From Pseudomonadota bacterium (lineage in GTDB: Bacteria > Campylobacterota > Campylobacteria > Campylobacterales > Sulfurimonadaceae): 64,000 bases of DNA. The position numbers were made by a program, and so were the translations under genes. Position 1 is the first letter of the stretch. The number at the start of each line of letters is the position of its first letter. The DNA lies in NCBI GenBank assembly GCA_043797085.1, contig JAZDQA010000001.1, positions 32,001 to 96,000 of the forward strand, read 5' to 3'. The notes under the pieces were generated by a model. The model did not search any database. It was not told the DNA's origin and was given only the letters and a program-made list of their open reading frames with translations. Of the stretch, positions 1-10,487 are shown piece by piece.

Positions 1-16
1 TCGCTAAAATACAACC

Positions 17-349
17 ATGAAGCTAAGTGAAGAATTGAAAAGCGCTATTGTTGAGAGATTGATGCCATTAAAACCTGAAAAGGTAGTAGTATTTGGTAGT
101 TATGCGTATGGTGAGCCAAATGAACATAGTGACCTTGATTTATATGTGGTAACCTCTGATGAGTACACACCTCAAAATTGGCGTGAAAAAAGTGCTATTT
201 TTTTAAAGACTATTAAAACGCTTGATGATATTCAAAAGCAAATCCCGATTGATCTTATTGCTCACACAAAACCAATGTATCGGAAGTTTATTGAATTAGA
301 TGGAATGCTTAGTCGCAAAATTTTTCGTGAGGGAATTTCATTAATATGA
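17..349 (+). CDS. Minimal nucleotidyltransferase (MNT), putative antitoxin of an MNT-HEPN pair
   Basis: FGSYAYG..SDLDL Pol-beta NTase motif; 110 aa; overlaps the HEPN gene (ATGA). Confidence 0.85.
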   Translation: MKLSEELKSAIVERLMPLKPEKVVVFGSYAYGEPNEHSDLDLYVVTSDEYTPQNWREKSAIFLKTIKTLDDIQKQIPIDLIAHTKPMYRKFIELDGMLSRKIFREGISLI

Positions 350-735
350 GAACTTTGAGTGCTGAATGGCTTAAAGCAGCGCATGATGATTTAGCGGTAA
401 TTGAAAAAATCATCAGTGAAGAGTCTTTATCACACATGGTTGCTTTTCATGCACAGCAATGTATTGAAAAAAGCTTGAAGGCAATGGGTGAAGAAAAACA
501 ACTCGAAATTCCAAAAATTCATAAGTTAAAAACACTCTCAGTACGAGTTGGTATTAATTTATCACTGTTTGAGAATGCGGAAGATTATCTTCATTTGCTG
601 GACGAGCTGTATATCGAATCGCGCTATCCAGGCGATTTTGGATTATTACCTAGCGGAAAGCCAACGCAACAAGATGCACAAGAATTTTATGATTTTGCAA
701 AAAGTATTTACGAGATGGTAAATGATGAGCTTTGA
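346..735 (+). CDS. HEPN domain protein
   Basis: WL..A..DL, FHAQQCIEKSLKA, PKIHKL and YIESRYP motifs typical of HEPN proteins paired with MNTs. Confidence 0.85.
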   Translation: MRTLSAEWLKAAHDDLAVIEKIISEESLSHMVAFHAQQCIEKSLKAMGEEKQLEIPKIHKLKTLSVRVGINLSLFENAEDYLHLLDELYIESRYPGDFGLLPSGKPTQQDAQEFYDFAKSIYEMVNDEL

Positions 736-745
736 TACGATTTAA

Positions 746-1498
746 ATGCGCATAATCATTACAGGAGCCAGCAGTGGACTGGGTGAAGCGTTAGCGTTTC
801 ACTATGCTAAACCACAGAATCAATTGGTCTTGATTGCACGAAGAGAAGAAAAACTTGAAGCCGTTGCTTTAAAATGTAAAGAGCTTGGGGCGGAAGTTGA
901 AACTATTATTGCGGATGTGAGTGATTTTGATTTAATGAAGAGTATTGGAGAAAAGCTTGCAGATTATCAGATTGACCGAATCATCCTCAATGCTGGTGTT
1001 TCTGTAGGGCATTCGGGCGGGGTGACACCGTTTGAAGATTTTCATCGTCTGTTTCAAACCAATTTTTTGAGCGTTCACGCATTGCTGGAGCCGATAATTC
1101 CTAAACTAATTGCACAAAAGTCAGGTGAAGTTGTTTTTATCTCTTCGCTTGCGTCACTGCTATCCATGCCGACATCGGTTGCTTACAGTACATCTAAGCG
1201 AGCGCTTAATGCGTATGCAGAAGGATTGCGATATCAGTTGAAGCCTTACGGAGTTGATGTTATGACCATATTACCGGGATTTATTGATTCAGAGATGACT
1301 CAAAAAAATCGATTTAAGATGCCTTTTTTATTGAGTACCCAAGATGGAGTCAAGAAAATAACCGGTGCGATTGCTTCAAAAAAGCACTTTTATCCGTTTC
1401 CGTTGAGATTTTACTTAATGATTCGAATTGCATTACTACTTCCGCAGTCCTTAAGAGACAAAATTGTAAACTTCACTAATTATAAAAAGGGTAGTTAG
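746..1498 (+). CDS. SDR family NAD(P)-dependent oxidoreductase
   Basis: TGASSGLG, LNAG and YSTSK (YxxxK) motifs. Confidence 0.9.
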   Translation: MRIIITGASSGLGEALAFHYAKPQNQLVLIARREEKLEAVALKCKELGAEVETIIADVSDFDLMKSIGEKLADYQIDRIILNAGVSVGHSGGVTPFEDFHRLFQTNFLSVHALLEPIIPKLIAQKSGEVVFISSLASLLSMPTSVAYSTSKRALNAYAEGLRYQLKPYGVDVMTILPGFIDSEMTQKNRFKMPFLLSTQDGVKKITGAIASKKHFYPFPLRFYLMIRIALLLPQSLRDKIVNFTNYKKGS

Positions 1499-1515
1499 CC
1501 CCCTAAGGAAGTTTT

Positions 1516-3591
1516 ATGGTCATCGACAGCGTTTGTACCTATTGTGGCGTGGGATGCGATATTTCCGCTGAGGTCGAAGACAACAAAATTCAGAAGATTT
1601 TTGCTAAAGAAGAGGGACTGGTTTCCCAAGGACGTCTCTGTATCAAGGGAAAGCAGGGATGGGATTTTGTAACTCATCCTAAACGTCTTCGCAATGCGCG
1701 AGTACGAAAGTCATTTTTGGCAAAAAATGCTGCATTGTTTGCCGATTTGGATATGGATTACCTTGAGCCTATCGATCATGATTTTTATGAGATCAGTTAT
1801 GAGAGTGCATACGAACTTGCGGCTCGCAAACTAAAATCAATCACCGATGAGTATGGCTCACATTCGTTTGCTTCCATCGGCGGAGCACGGACAAGTTGTG
1901 AAAGTTCCTATTTGTTTCAACACTTTACCCGTCATGTTGTGGGTTCGCCTCACGTCGATAACTGTGCTCGTGTGTGCCATTCACCGTCATTAAAAGGGAT
2001 GCGTACGACCATAGGTGAGGGTGCTGCTACTAATCCGTTTGATGATATTTACGAAACAGAATTTATGATCGTCATGGGTTCCAATACCACCGAAGGGCAT
2101 CCCATCGTTGCGAACCGAATGTTGGATGTGATCAAAGACAAAGGAATTGAACTTGCCGTGCTTGATGTGCGCAGACTGCAACTTTCAAAATCTGCCACCC
2201 ATCATCTTAGTATCCCGTATGAAGCAAATTTGATGATTCTCAACATGATGACGTTTGTCATTATTTCTGAAGATTTAGTGAATGATGATTTTATTGCATC
2301 ACGAACCAAAGGATATGAAGCGTTCAAGCAGGCCATTTTAGAGGACCCGTATGCAAATCCTGAGTATTTACTTCAAATTCCAGGGTATGAATCCCTCGTT
2401 GAAGAAATAAGAGCGGTTGCTCGTAAATACGCAACGCGCAAAAGCCTCTTTTTCTGGGGACTTGGGATTACGGAACAGTTAGACGGGTCGTATGCAGTTA
2501 TGGCGATTACGCATCTTGCATTGATAACGGGAAATATCGGTAAACGTGGAGCTGGGCTGATGCCTCTTCGTGGTCAGAATAATGTTCAAGGAACGTGTGA
2601 TGTCGGTATGCTGCCGTATTATGCTCCAGATTATCAACCGCCTAAAGAAGTGGGGATGATGACTCCTGATTTGATTAATGCCATGGTTGATGGGAAAATA
2701 AAAGCCCTTTTTAACATCGGTGAAGACATTGCCCACATTCATCCCAATCAAAACAAAATCCATTCGGCGCTTAAAAATCTTGATTTATTGATTGTCAATG
2801 AACTTTTTAACAATGAAATTACCAAGTTCGCGGATATTATTTTCGGAGTCAAAAGTGCTTATGAAAAAACAGGTGTTTATGTGAATGCAGAACGCCGGCT
2901 TCATCTCTCACAACCTTTGATTCATGTTACGATGCCCGATGACTGGGAAGTAATCGCTGAAATTTCTAAACGTTACGGTACAGATTTTGGCTTTAAAAAT
3001 TCAAAAGATGTGTGGGAGAGAGTTCGAGTGGATGCCCCTATACGTTTTGGAGGGGCGAGCTATGAGAAACTTGAAGCCAATCGTTTACGCGGATTGCAAT
3101 GGCCGGTACAAGAGGAAGATACCCCGGTGTTACATCTCCATGATTTCAGAACGAAAGACGGAATTGCTTCCTTTCGTTACAAACAGTATGAGCCTCGCGG
3201 TCAAGTGGCAGAGCTTTTACGTGCTCCAAATTATGATGGTTATTACCTCACAACGGGACGTGTATTGGTTCATTATAACAACGCCGCACAAACGAATGCG
3301 TGTGAAAAGCTTAGTCGCTCTCACAGTGAAGATACATTGCTTGTGAGTGTTGATGATGAAGAATTTTTCGAATATAAAGATTTTGTGGTGCTTAAAAGCG
3401 AATACGGGCAGAGTGCCCCTTTGCGAGTAAAAGTGAGTACAACGGTTAAAAAAGGGACACTCTTTACGACGTTCCATCACGCAAAAAGTCAGATTAACTT
3501 TTTGTTCGGAGACGAGTCGGACGAGCTGATCAAAACAGCACGATTTAAATCAATCAAAGTTGAAATTATCAAACCTGATTATCTGGACTAA
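1516..3591 (+). CDS. Cytoplasmic molybdopterin oxidoreductase, formate dehydrogenase alpha (FdhF-like, Cys form)
   Basis: CTYCGVGC..LCIKG 4Fe-4S motif, NCARVCHSPS ligand motif, PLRGQNNVQG, C-terminal LTTGR; no Tat signal. Confidence 0.8.
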   Translation: MVIDSVCTYCGVGCDISAEVEDNKIQKIFAKEEGLVSQGRLCIKGKQGWDFVTHPKRLRNARVRKSFLAKNAALFADLDMDYLEPIDHDFYEISYESAYELAARKLKSITDEYGSHSFASIGGARTSCESSYLFQHFTRHVVGSPHVDNCARVCHSPSLKGMRTTIGEGAATNPFDDIYETEFMIVMGSNTTEGHPIVANRMLDVIKDKGIELAVLDVRRLQLSKSATHHLSIPYEANLMILNMMTFVIISEDLVNDDFIASRTKGYEAFKQAILEDPYANPEYLLQIPGYESLVEEIRAVARKYATRKSLFFWGLGITEQLDGSYAVMAITHLALITGNIGKRGAGLMPLRGQNNVQGTCDVGMLPYYAPDYQPPKEVGMMTPDLINAMVDGKIKALFNIGEDIAHIHPNQNKIHSALKNLDLLIVNELFNNEITKFADIIFGVKSAYEKTGVYVNAERRLHLSQPLIHVTMPDDWEVIAEISKRYGTDFGFKNSKDVWERVRVDAPIRFGGASYEKLEANRLRGLQWPVQEEDTPVLHLHDFRTKDGIASFRYKQYEPRGQVAELLRAPNYDGYYLTTGRVLVHYNNAAQTNACEKLSRSHSEDTLLVSVDDEEFFEYKDFVVLKSEYGQSAPLRVKVSTTVKKGTLFTTFHHAKSQINFLFGDESDELIKTARFKSIKVEIIKPDYLD

Positions 3592-3594
3592 TCG

Positions 3595-3927
3595 GTGCAT
3601 ACGAAAGCCAAGGGCAATTTGGCAGAGGAAAAAGGGTGTGATTATCTCAGATCACACGGATTTCGAATTATAGACCGAAATGTTTATAACAGATTTGGAG
3701 AAATCGATATTATCGCTCTTAAAGATAATGTCTTGCATTTTGTCGAAGTCAAAAGCGCTCAAAGCTACGAGCAAGCTGTCAACAATATCACCGCTTCAAA
3801 ACTCCAAAAACTAAATCGTACTATCCAAACCTACCTGCAGAAAAAAAAGTTTTCGCTTGATTATTGCATTGATGCGTTGATCGTTACGGCGGAAGAAATC
3901 GTCTGGATAGAAAATATTACACTCTGA
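3595..3927 (+). CDS. YraN family (UPF0102) endonuclease-like protein
   Basis: G..AE, GEIDIIA and FVEVK motifs; GTG start. Confidence 0.9.
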   Translation: MHTKAKGNLAEEKGCDYLRSHGFRIIDRNVYNRFGEIDIIALKDNVLHFVEVKSAQSYEQAVNNITASKLQKLNRTIQTYLQKKKFSLDYCIDALIVTAEEIVWIENITL

Positions 3928-4024
3928 ATGTTTTTGCTTAGAAAATATATGATAATTTTGTAATAAGACGTTTTAAAGAAAGGGGCGTTATAATTGCTCA
4001 TCATATAAAACTCAAGGAAACAAA

Positions 4025-4342
4025 ATGGGTAAATACATCGAATTAACAAACGCAAATTTTGCTGATACAACAAAAGAGGGCGTAGCTCTCGTAGATTTTT
4101 GGGCACCATGGTGTGGACCTTGTCGTATGATCGCTCCGGTTATTGAAGAATTGGCGAACGATTTTGATGGTATCGCAAAAATCTGTAAAGTAAATACAGA
4201 TGAAGAGCAAGATATTGCAGTAAAATACGGTATTCGTTCAATTCCTACAATCCTTTTCTTCAAAAATGGTGAAATGGTTGATCAAATGGTTGGTGCTGCT
4301 TCTAAACAAGCATTTACTGATAAAATCAACTCACTTCTATAA
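4025..4342 (+). CDS. trxA: Thioredoxin
   Basis: WCGPC active site; AAGGA RBS. Confidence 0.97.
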   Translation: MGKYIELTNANFADTTKEGVALVDFWAPWCGPCRMIAPVIEELANDFDGIAKICKVNTDEEQDIAVKYGIRSIPTILFFKNGEMVDQMVGAASKQAFTDKINSLL

Positions 4343-4345
4343 AAA

Positions 4346-4367
4346 TTTTGACCTTTTTAGGTCAGAA
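4346..4367 (+). terminator. Hairpin after trxA (possible terminator)
   Basis: TTTTGACCT-TTTT-AGGTCAGAA inverted repeat just after the stop codon. Confidence 0.45.
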
Positions 4368-4516
4368 CCTTCCCTCTTTATTTATCTATTCATAAAAATA
4401 TGTAGTCTAAAAGTTTTCTAAAACCATTTTTCTTTTTATCAATTTGTAGCGTCCTTTAACTGCAATACAGTACCATACGTCCAATTTGAAATGAATCATA
4501 CTATGAGGTGTTAACT

Positions 4517-5464
4517 ATGTTGGATTGTGCGATTATCGGAGGGGGACCTGCGGGTTTAACGGCAGGTTTGTATGCAACACGCGGTGGATTGGATAATGTT
4601 GTTATGTTTGAAAAAGGGATGCCTGGCGGTCAAATCACCATGAGTTCCGAGATTGAAAACTATCCCGGCGCAACGGCTCATAATCTCAGTGGAATGGATT
4701 TTATGTCTCCATGGCCTGAACAGTGTCAGCGTTTTGGATTGAAGCATGAGATGTCTGAAGTAACACGTGTTTCTCGCAATGAGGATGGAACATTTACGAT
4801 CCATAAATCTGACGGTAAAACGGATACGGCTAAAAGTGTGATTGTAGGGACGGGTTCAACTCCAAAACGTGCCGGATTTATCGGTGAAGATAAATATTTT
4901 GGTCGCGGTGTCAGTACGTGTGCTACGTGCGACGGCTTTTTCTATAAAGGCAAAGAGGTTGCAGTAATCGGTGGTGGTGATACGGCTCTTGAAGAGGCGC
5001 TTTATTTGGCAAAAATTTGTTCAAAAGTTTATCTCATTCACCGTCGTGATACGTTTCGATCCGCTCCTAGTACGGTTGAACGTATTAAAAATACGGCGAA
5101 TATCGAGCTTGTCCTCAATGCTTCTCCTGAAGAAGTGCTCGGTGATGCTATGGGTGTGACGGGGATTCGTGTTGCATTTAAAGACGCTTCCACTCGTCAG
5201 ATAGATGCTCCAGGTGTATTTGTATTTATTGGAAATAATGTTAATAATCAAGTATTAATCCAAGAAGACGGCAGTTTTTTATGTGATATGAGCCCCTCAG
5301 GTGAGGTCATTGTTGATTTGAGTATGAAAACATCGGTTGCGGGATTGTACGCTGCGGGCGATATGCGCATTCAGGCCCCAAAGCAAGTTGTTAGTGCTGC
5401 TGGTGATGGTGCAGTTGCTGCTTTACAGGCAATTTCGTATGTGGATGAGCATTTTCACGCGTAA
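4517..5464 (+). CDS. trxB: Thioredoxin reductase
   Basis: GGGPAG, CATCDG, GGGDTA and HRRD motifs; follows trxA; ATG 4517 has a GAGG RBS. Confidence 0.95.
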   Translation: MLDCAIIGGGPAGLTAGLYATRGGLDNVVMFEKGMPGGQITMSSEIENYPGATAHNLSGMDFMSPWPEQCQRFGLKHEMSEVTRVSRNEDGTFTIHKSDGKTDTAKSVIVGTGSTPKRAGFIGEDKYFGRGVSTCATCDGFFYKGKEVAVIGGGDTALEEALYLAKICSKVYLIHRRDTFRSAPSTVERIKNTANIELVLNASPEEVLGDAMGVTGIRVAFKDASTRQIDAPGVFVFIGNNVNNQVLIQEDGSFLCDMSPSGEVIVDLSMKTSVAGLYAAGDMRIQAPKQVVSAAGDGAVAALQAISYVDEHFHA

Positions 5465-5547
5465 GCGTGAATTACGAATGCTTAGTCTTCAAAGTGGCAC
5501 TTAAACCCTAAAACGATACAATTCGTTTTTACTATTGTAAACGGGAG

Positions 5548-6327
5548 ATGACCATGATTAGAGTAGGTGTATTTGGCGCTGGTGGACGTGTTGGAAAGTT
5601 GATTATTGAAGATTTACGCCAAGAAAGTGAACTCTCTTTGGGCGCTGTCTATGTGCGTAATGAGCTTAATTTTTCGATTGATCCATCTGTTCTTGTTACC
5701 AACGATATGAATGTATTATTGAAAAGTTCTGATGTTATTATCGATTTTTCACTCCCCGAAGCAACGCAAAAACTACTGGAATGTGCAATGGAAAATCCTA
5801 AACCTCTTGTTATAGGTACTACCGGCATGGATGCTCATCAGCTTAATTTGCTAAAAAGTGCCAGTGAATTAATGCCGATTTTGTACGCAACCAATATGTC
5901 TCTTGGTGTAGCATTGTTGAATAAGCTTGTTTATGCCGCTTCGAAAACGCTCAAAGAATTTGACATCGAGATCGTAGAGCAGCATCATCGTCATAAAAAA
6001 GATGCTCCAAGCGGTACGGCATTGACACTGGCGCACTCAGCAGCGCTTGCGCGTGGTTTGGATTTGGATATGGTTCGTATCAGTGGTCGTGATGGTAATA
6101 TCGGCGAGAGAACCAAAGATGAAATCGCGGTAATGGCATTGCGCGGTGGTGATATTGTGGGACGTCATACGGTTGGTTTTTACAATGAAGGTGAGTTTGT
6201 AGAACTTCACCATACAGCAACGAGTCGTAATACATTTTCAAAAGGGTCAATCCGTGCTGCCAAATGGTTAGCCGGTCAAGAGAACGGATTGTATAATATC
6301 AGCGATTGTTTGGAATTAGGAGAATAA
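5548..6327 (+). CDS. dapB: 4-hydroxy-tetrahydrodipicolinate reductase
   Basis: IDFS, GTTG and [15 protein letters not shown] motifs. Confidence 0.96.
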   Translation: MTMIRVGVFGAGGRVGKLIIEDLRQESELSLGAVYVRNELNFSIDPSVLVTNDMNVLLKSSDVIIDFSLPEATQKLLECAMENPKPLVIGTTGMDAHQLNLLKSASELMPILYATNMSLGVALLNKLVYAASKTLKEFDIEIVEQHHRHKKDAPSGTALTLAHSAALARGLDLDMVRISGRDGNIGERTKDEIAVMALRGGDIVGRHTVGFYNEGEFVELHHTATSRNTFSKGSIRAAKWLAGQENGLYNISDCLELGE

Positions 6328-6329
6328 AT

Positions 6330-7679
6330 ATGCGTAGTATGAATGAAAAATGTGCGGTTGTTGGTATCTTCGATCATCCTGAGGCTTCAAAATTAGCCTA
6401 TTTCTCGCTCCATGCTCAACAGCATCGAGGTCAAGAAGCAGCAGGAATCAGCACCAGTGATGGTGAGAAACTCTATACAATTAAAGATCGCGGATTGGTT
6501 ACGCAGGTTTTTGATAATCAAAAGTTAGCAACCCTAAAAGGTCAAATGGCAATCGGACATACACGCTATTCGACTGCCGGAGATGACTCTATTCTCGATG
6601 CACAGCCGGTATTCGCCCGCTATGATCTTGGAGAGATGGCGATTGTTCATAATGGAAATCTCACTAATGCTAAAGAAGTACGGGATGCGCTCATTAAAAA
6701 AGGGGCAATCTTCCAAACGTATATGGATACTGAAAACCTTATCCATCTGATTGCTAAAAGTGACCAGCATCATTTGACAGATCGTATCATTGATGCAGTC
6801 AAAAAGATTGAAGGGGCGTACTCCCTCGTCTTTTTGAGCCGTTCGAAGATGTTTGCAATGCGTGACCGTTTTGGATTCCGACCACTTAGCCTTGGGCGTT
6901 TGGGCGATGGTTATGTTGTAGCATCGGAGACATGCGCTTTTGATCTGATCGGGGCGGAGTACATTCGTGACGTAGAGCCGGGTGAACTTCTGATTTTCGA
7001 AAAAGGAAAAGCTCCTCAATCGATCAAAGTATTCGAGCCAACACCCAAACACTGTATTTTTGAATACGTCTATTTTGCTCGTCCTGATTCCAATGTTTAT
7101 GGACAAAATGTATACGAAATGCGTAAAGCAATGGGAAAAAAATTGGCACAAGAGCAGCCGATGATCGCTGATATGATTGTCCCTGTCCCCGATGGCGGTG
7201 TTCCTGCAGCGATTGGGTATTCTCAAGAAAGCGGTATCCCTTTCGAGATGGCAATTATGCGTAACCACTATATCGGGCGTACATTTATCGAGCCAACACA
7301 AGAGATGCGTGATTTGAAAGTCAAGATGAAACTTTCTCCGATTGAGCATCTGATCAAAGGTAAGCGTTTAATCGTCGTCGATGACTCCATCGTGCGTGGA
7401 ACAACAAGCCGTCGAATCGTCCGTATGCTCAAAGAAGCAGGAGCGCTAGAAGTTCACATGCGTATCTCAAGCCCTCCAACAACCGATCCATGTTTTTATG
7501 GCGTCGATACACCGGATAAAGATAAGCTGATTGCTGCAAACATGACCAATGCAGAGATTTGTGCGTTTATCGAAGCGGATTCGCTTGGATATTTGAGTAA
7601 TGATGGACTGTTACTGAGTGTAAACGGCAAAGAAGAAAACTATTGTACGGCGTGTTTTACCGGCAATTACATTATTTAA
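6330..7679 (+). CDS. purF: Amidophosphoribosyltransferase (propeptide- and Fe-S-containing type)
   Basis: NEK-CAVVG, QHRGQE, GHTRYST, VDDSIVRGTT and YCTACF motifs; ATG 6330 after AGGAG. Confidence 0.96.
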   Translation: MRSMNEKCAVVGIFDHPEASKLAYFSLHAQQHRGQEAAGISTSDGEKLYTIKDRGLVTQVFDNQKLATLKGQMAIGHTRYSTAGDDSILDAQPVFARYDLGEMAIVHNGNLTNAKEVRDALIKKGAIFQTYMDTENLIHLIAKSDQHHLTDRIIDAVKKIEGAYSLVFLSRSKMFAMRDRFGFRPLSLGRLGDGYVVASETCAFDLIGAEYIRDVEPGELLIFEKGKAPQSIKVFEPTPKHCIFEYVYFARPDSNVYGQNVYEMRKAMGKKLAQEQPMIADMIVPVPDGGVPAAIGYSQESGIPFEMAIMRNHYIGRTFIEPTQEMRDLKVKMKLSPIEHLIKGKRLIVVDDSIVRGTTSRRIVRMLKEAGALEVHMRISSPPTTDPCFYGVDTPDKDKLIAANMTNAEICAFIEADSLGYLSNDGLLLSVNGKEENYCTACFTGNYII

Positions 7680-7688
7680 ATTATTCAA

Positions 7689-8651
7689 ATGCGCGAACAG
7701 ATTTTTACATTCGGACAGTATTTGAGTGAAAAATTTGGGTGTAAAGTCTCTAAAGTTCCTGTCTCTATTTCAGGATTTACCTGCCCCAATATCGATGGTA
7801 ACGTTGCAAAGGGTGGGTGTACTTTTTGCGAAAATGATTCCTTTAGTCCGAGCTTGGACAAAGCTAAGCCTCTAAAAGGTTTTTTTCTCAATCTCGAATC
7901 CTCGGAAAACCCCTATCTTGAAAAACAGCTCGAACAGCTCCAATGGCAGTTTGATGCACTTTCTCAAAAACTAAGGGCCCAAAATGGGACACAAAAATAT
8001 CTTGTCTATTTTCAAAGCTTTACCAATACCTATGCTCCGCTAGAAACCCTCAAAGCGCTGTATGAAAAAGCCCTCTCGTTTGAGAATGTTGTTGGTCTGA
8101 GTATCGGAACACGCTCAGACAGTATTAGCGATGAGGTATTTGAGTATTTGTGTGAGCTTTCAAAAAAAACAGAATTGTGGATTGAGTTTGGAATTCAATC
8201 GATATTTGATGAAACATTGGAAAAAATCAATCGCGGACACAATGCTCAAAGTGTAAAAGATGCAATACTAAAAGCCAAAAAATACGGATTAAATGTATGT
8301 GGACATCTTATCTTCGGACTTCCGGGAGAAGATAAAGCAATGATGTTGCAAACTGCTCAGGCGGCATACGAGCTAGGGGTAGATTCTCTAAAATATCATC
8401 CTCTTTATGTGGTAAAGCGAACGGCATTGGCGAACGAATATGGACGGGGTGAATTTACTCCTATCACTGAAGAACTTTATTTGGAAGTATTGAGTGAAGC
8501 CTTGAAAATCAAGCCAAAGACTATTAGTGTTCAACGTCTGAGTGCAGGGATTGATGATGAATCGCTTATCGCTCCGCAGTGGTGCCGAGATAAAAATGCT
8601 CAGCTAAAAGCTATAAATAACGCTCTTAAAGAGTTTGGACTAAAATACTAA
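7689..8651 (+). CDS. TIGR01212/YhcC family radical SAM protein
   Basis: GFTCPNIDG..GGCTFC, YFQSFTNTY and LSIGTR motifs. Confidence 0.9.
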   Translation: MREQIFTFGQYLSEKFGCKVSKVPVSISGFTCPNIDGNVAKGGCTFCENDSFSPSLDKAKPLKGFFLNLESSENPYLEKQLEQLQWQFDALSQKLRAQNGTQKYLVYFQSFTNTYAPLETLKALYEKALSFENVVGLSIGTRSDSISDEVFEYLCELSKKTELWIEFGIQSIFDETLEKINRGHNAQSVKDAILKAKKYGLNVCGHLIFGLPGEDKAMMLQTAQAAYELGVDSLKYHPLYVVKRTALANEYGRGEFTPITEELYLEVLSEALKIKPKTISVQRLSAGIDDESLIAPQWCRDKNAQLKAINNALKEFGLKY

Positions 8652-8653
8652 TC

Positions 8654-9205
8654 TTACTGCCCGTACGCCCTAACATAGCTTGAATAGCCTTTAAAATAAG
8701 AGGGATGCGGCATGATAATTCGAAACTCTTTTCGCTGTCCCGGTTTTAGATCAGTTGCAACGACTTTGGTAACGATTAGATAGGAAGGCTTAGCTCTTTC
8801 ATCCCCGATAAGTTCGGCAAATGCATTCGACTGGTAAGAGGGTTTTCCTTGCAGTGAAGGGGTGTCTTTATTCACTATTTTGATTTCCACGCTCACTTCT
8901 CCAATAGTATAATCACCACTATTTCGTACTGAGCCCATAAAAAATATTTTTTCTGTGGGAAGAAAACGATGATCTTTCACATTGGATAAGGTTATTTTTT
9001 TGGTGTAATGGTCGATAACTAAAAGTACACCAAACATAAATCCGAGGATAACGAGAATATAGGTAATGATGAGGGAAGCTTTTGATGTTGATTGTGGTTT
9101 TCGAAGTGTTAAAACGATCAGAGTAATCAGCAATAAACTAAAAGCGATAACCGCACCATAGTGCCAAAAAGTAAAATAAGTATTCATTATCTGCACACTC
9201 CCCAT
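8654..9205 (-). CDS. Membrane protein, DUF2393-like
   Basis: Two N-terminal TM helices plus a beta-rich domain (G.V.N.G, LKPGQ); tandem paralogue of the next gene. Confidence 0.65.
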   Translation of the reverse strand: MGSVQIMNTYFTFWHYGAVIAFSLLLITLIVLTLRKPQSTSKASLIITYILVILGFMFGVLLVIDHYTKKITLSNVKDHRFLPTEKIFFMGSVRNSGDYTIGEVSVEIKIVNKDTPSLQGKPSYQSNAFAELIGDERAKPSYLIVTKVVATDLKPGQRKEFRIIMPHPSYFKGYSSYVRAYGQ

Positions 9206-9705
9206 GCGGTAACGCTGAATTTTTTTGAATAGTTAAACGGTTCTATCAAGAGTTTAAATGTTTCTGTCTCATTGGGTTTAATGGATTGTGTGATGGTAAG
9301 GGTTTGACGTTGAAATGGGAGATAAGGATAAATCTTATCGTTGAGTATTTTGATAGAAGATGTTTTTGATACCCCGAAATAAATTGTGCATTCTTTGAAG
9401 CTCTGTTTGGAGGTATTGTTTATATTTCCCCTTAGGAGCAGTGCTTCGGTAAACTCAAGATCTTGAACGGTAGTGAGGCTGATTGTATGTTGGTAAACGT
9501 ATTTATGCAAAAGTAAATAGCCACCTAACGGTGCGCCCAAAAGAAGAAGAAAAGCCGTTAAAATAAGGGTAATGGCAAGGGTGAGTTTATGATGAAATAA
9601 AACTGCCAAAATAAGAAAAAGAAAAAAGAAAAAAAGGATTCCACCCAAAAGGAGGTAATCGTAAAGGGCTAAAGTATCGATAAAGTGAAGCAGTTGAGTT
9701 TTCAT
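9187..9705 (-). CDS. Membrane protein, DUF2393-like
   Basis: Two TM helices plus G.I.N..C..IKPNE..F domain; downstream of hisIE. Confidence 0.65.
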   Translation of the reverse strand: MKTQLLHFIDTLALYDYLLLGGILFFFFLFLILAVLFHHKLTLAITLILTAFLLLLGAPLGGYLLLHKYVYQHTISLTTVQDLEFTEALLLRGNINNTSKQSFKECTIYFGVSKTSSIKILNDKIYPYLPFQRQTLTITQSIKPNETETFKLLIEPFNYSKKFSVTAWGVCR

Positions 9706-10376
9706 TTGTCCCTAGAATTTTTCTCGGCGATCCCGCTTACTCCTGATCGTCGGGCAAGCTCTTGTTTGATGCGATCGGGAGAGATATTTTTGTGCCCCAG
9801 TGCTACCAAGACATGATAGACTAAATCGGCACATTCGTAAATAATTTCATCCTCGTTATCATCTTTGATCGCAAAGGCAAATTCGCCTGCTTCTTCAACA
9901 ACTTTTTTGAGTATGGCATTGTCGCCGCTGCTAAGAAGTTTTGCTGTCCATGAGCTTTTTGGATCACTGTTTTTACGGCTTAAAATCGTGTGATAGAGTT
10001 CATCGATAATTCCATAGGTACTTACGGTATCAATTTGTGGCTCGCTGATAGTAGCTCCAGATTCGATGTCGGTAAAGAAACACGATTTTCGTCCTGTGTG
10101 ACACGCAACACCCTCTTGGCGTACCATGATGAGGAGGGTATCGTTATCACAGTCGAGCAAAAATCGTTCGATGTGCTGAAGATGCCCGCTGCTTTCCCCT
10201 TTTTTCCATAAACGCTGTTTTGAACGGGAAAAATAATGTGCCACTTTGGTTGAGAGGGAGAGTTCCAGCGATTCACGGTTCATGTACGCCATCATCAAGA
10301 CTTCTAAAGTTGTAGAGTCTTGGACGATGACGGGAAGAAGTACTGACTTTGCCCAGTCGATAGTATTTAGATCCAT
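9702..10376 (-). CDS. hisIE: Bifunctional phosphoribosyl-AMP cyclohydrolase / phosphoribosyl-ATP diphosphatase
   Basis: SRSKQRLWKKGESSG, DCDND, ACHTG..SCF, KKVVEEAGE and ADLVYH motifs; start set at ATG 10376. Confidence 0.96.
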   Translation of the reverse strand: MDLNTIDWAKSVLLPVIVQDSTTLEVLMMAYMNRESLELSLSTKVAHYFSRSKQRLWKKGESSGHLQHIERFLLDCDNDTLLIMVRQEGVACHTGRKSCFFTDIESGATISEPQIDTVSTYGIIDELYHTILSRKNSDPKSSWTAKLLSSGDNAILKKVVEEAGEFAFAIKDDNEDEIIYECADLVYHVLVALGHKNISPDRIKQELARRSGVSGIAEKNSRDK

Positions 10377-10404
10377 AAGAGCCCTTTTTTGAAGGTTATT
10401 TTCT

Positions 10405-10486
10405 AAAAGCGCACAAGTGCGCGTGGGCTTCACGCCGAGCGAAACTCAGCGTTAGCGTAGTCAATCGGGACGAGTTCCGATGACGT
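10405..10486 (-). repeat. Copy 1 of an ~83-nt three-hairpin intergenic element
   Basis: Reverse complement aligns with 18999-19082 at about 61/84 positions, with compensatory stem changes. Confidence 0.8.
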
Positions 10487-10487
10487 A

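Noticed and set aside
1516..3591. Selenocysteine recoding in the FDH-like gene
   Set aside because: The ligand position is a Cys codon (ARVCH) and the ORF has no in-frame TGA.
6534..7349. 271-aa antisense ORF inside purF, and the many other short shadow ORFs in the track
   Set aside because: They lie fully within well-supported genes on the opposite strand or another frame and show no recognisable motifs.
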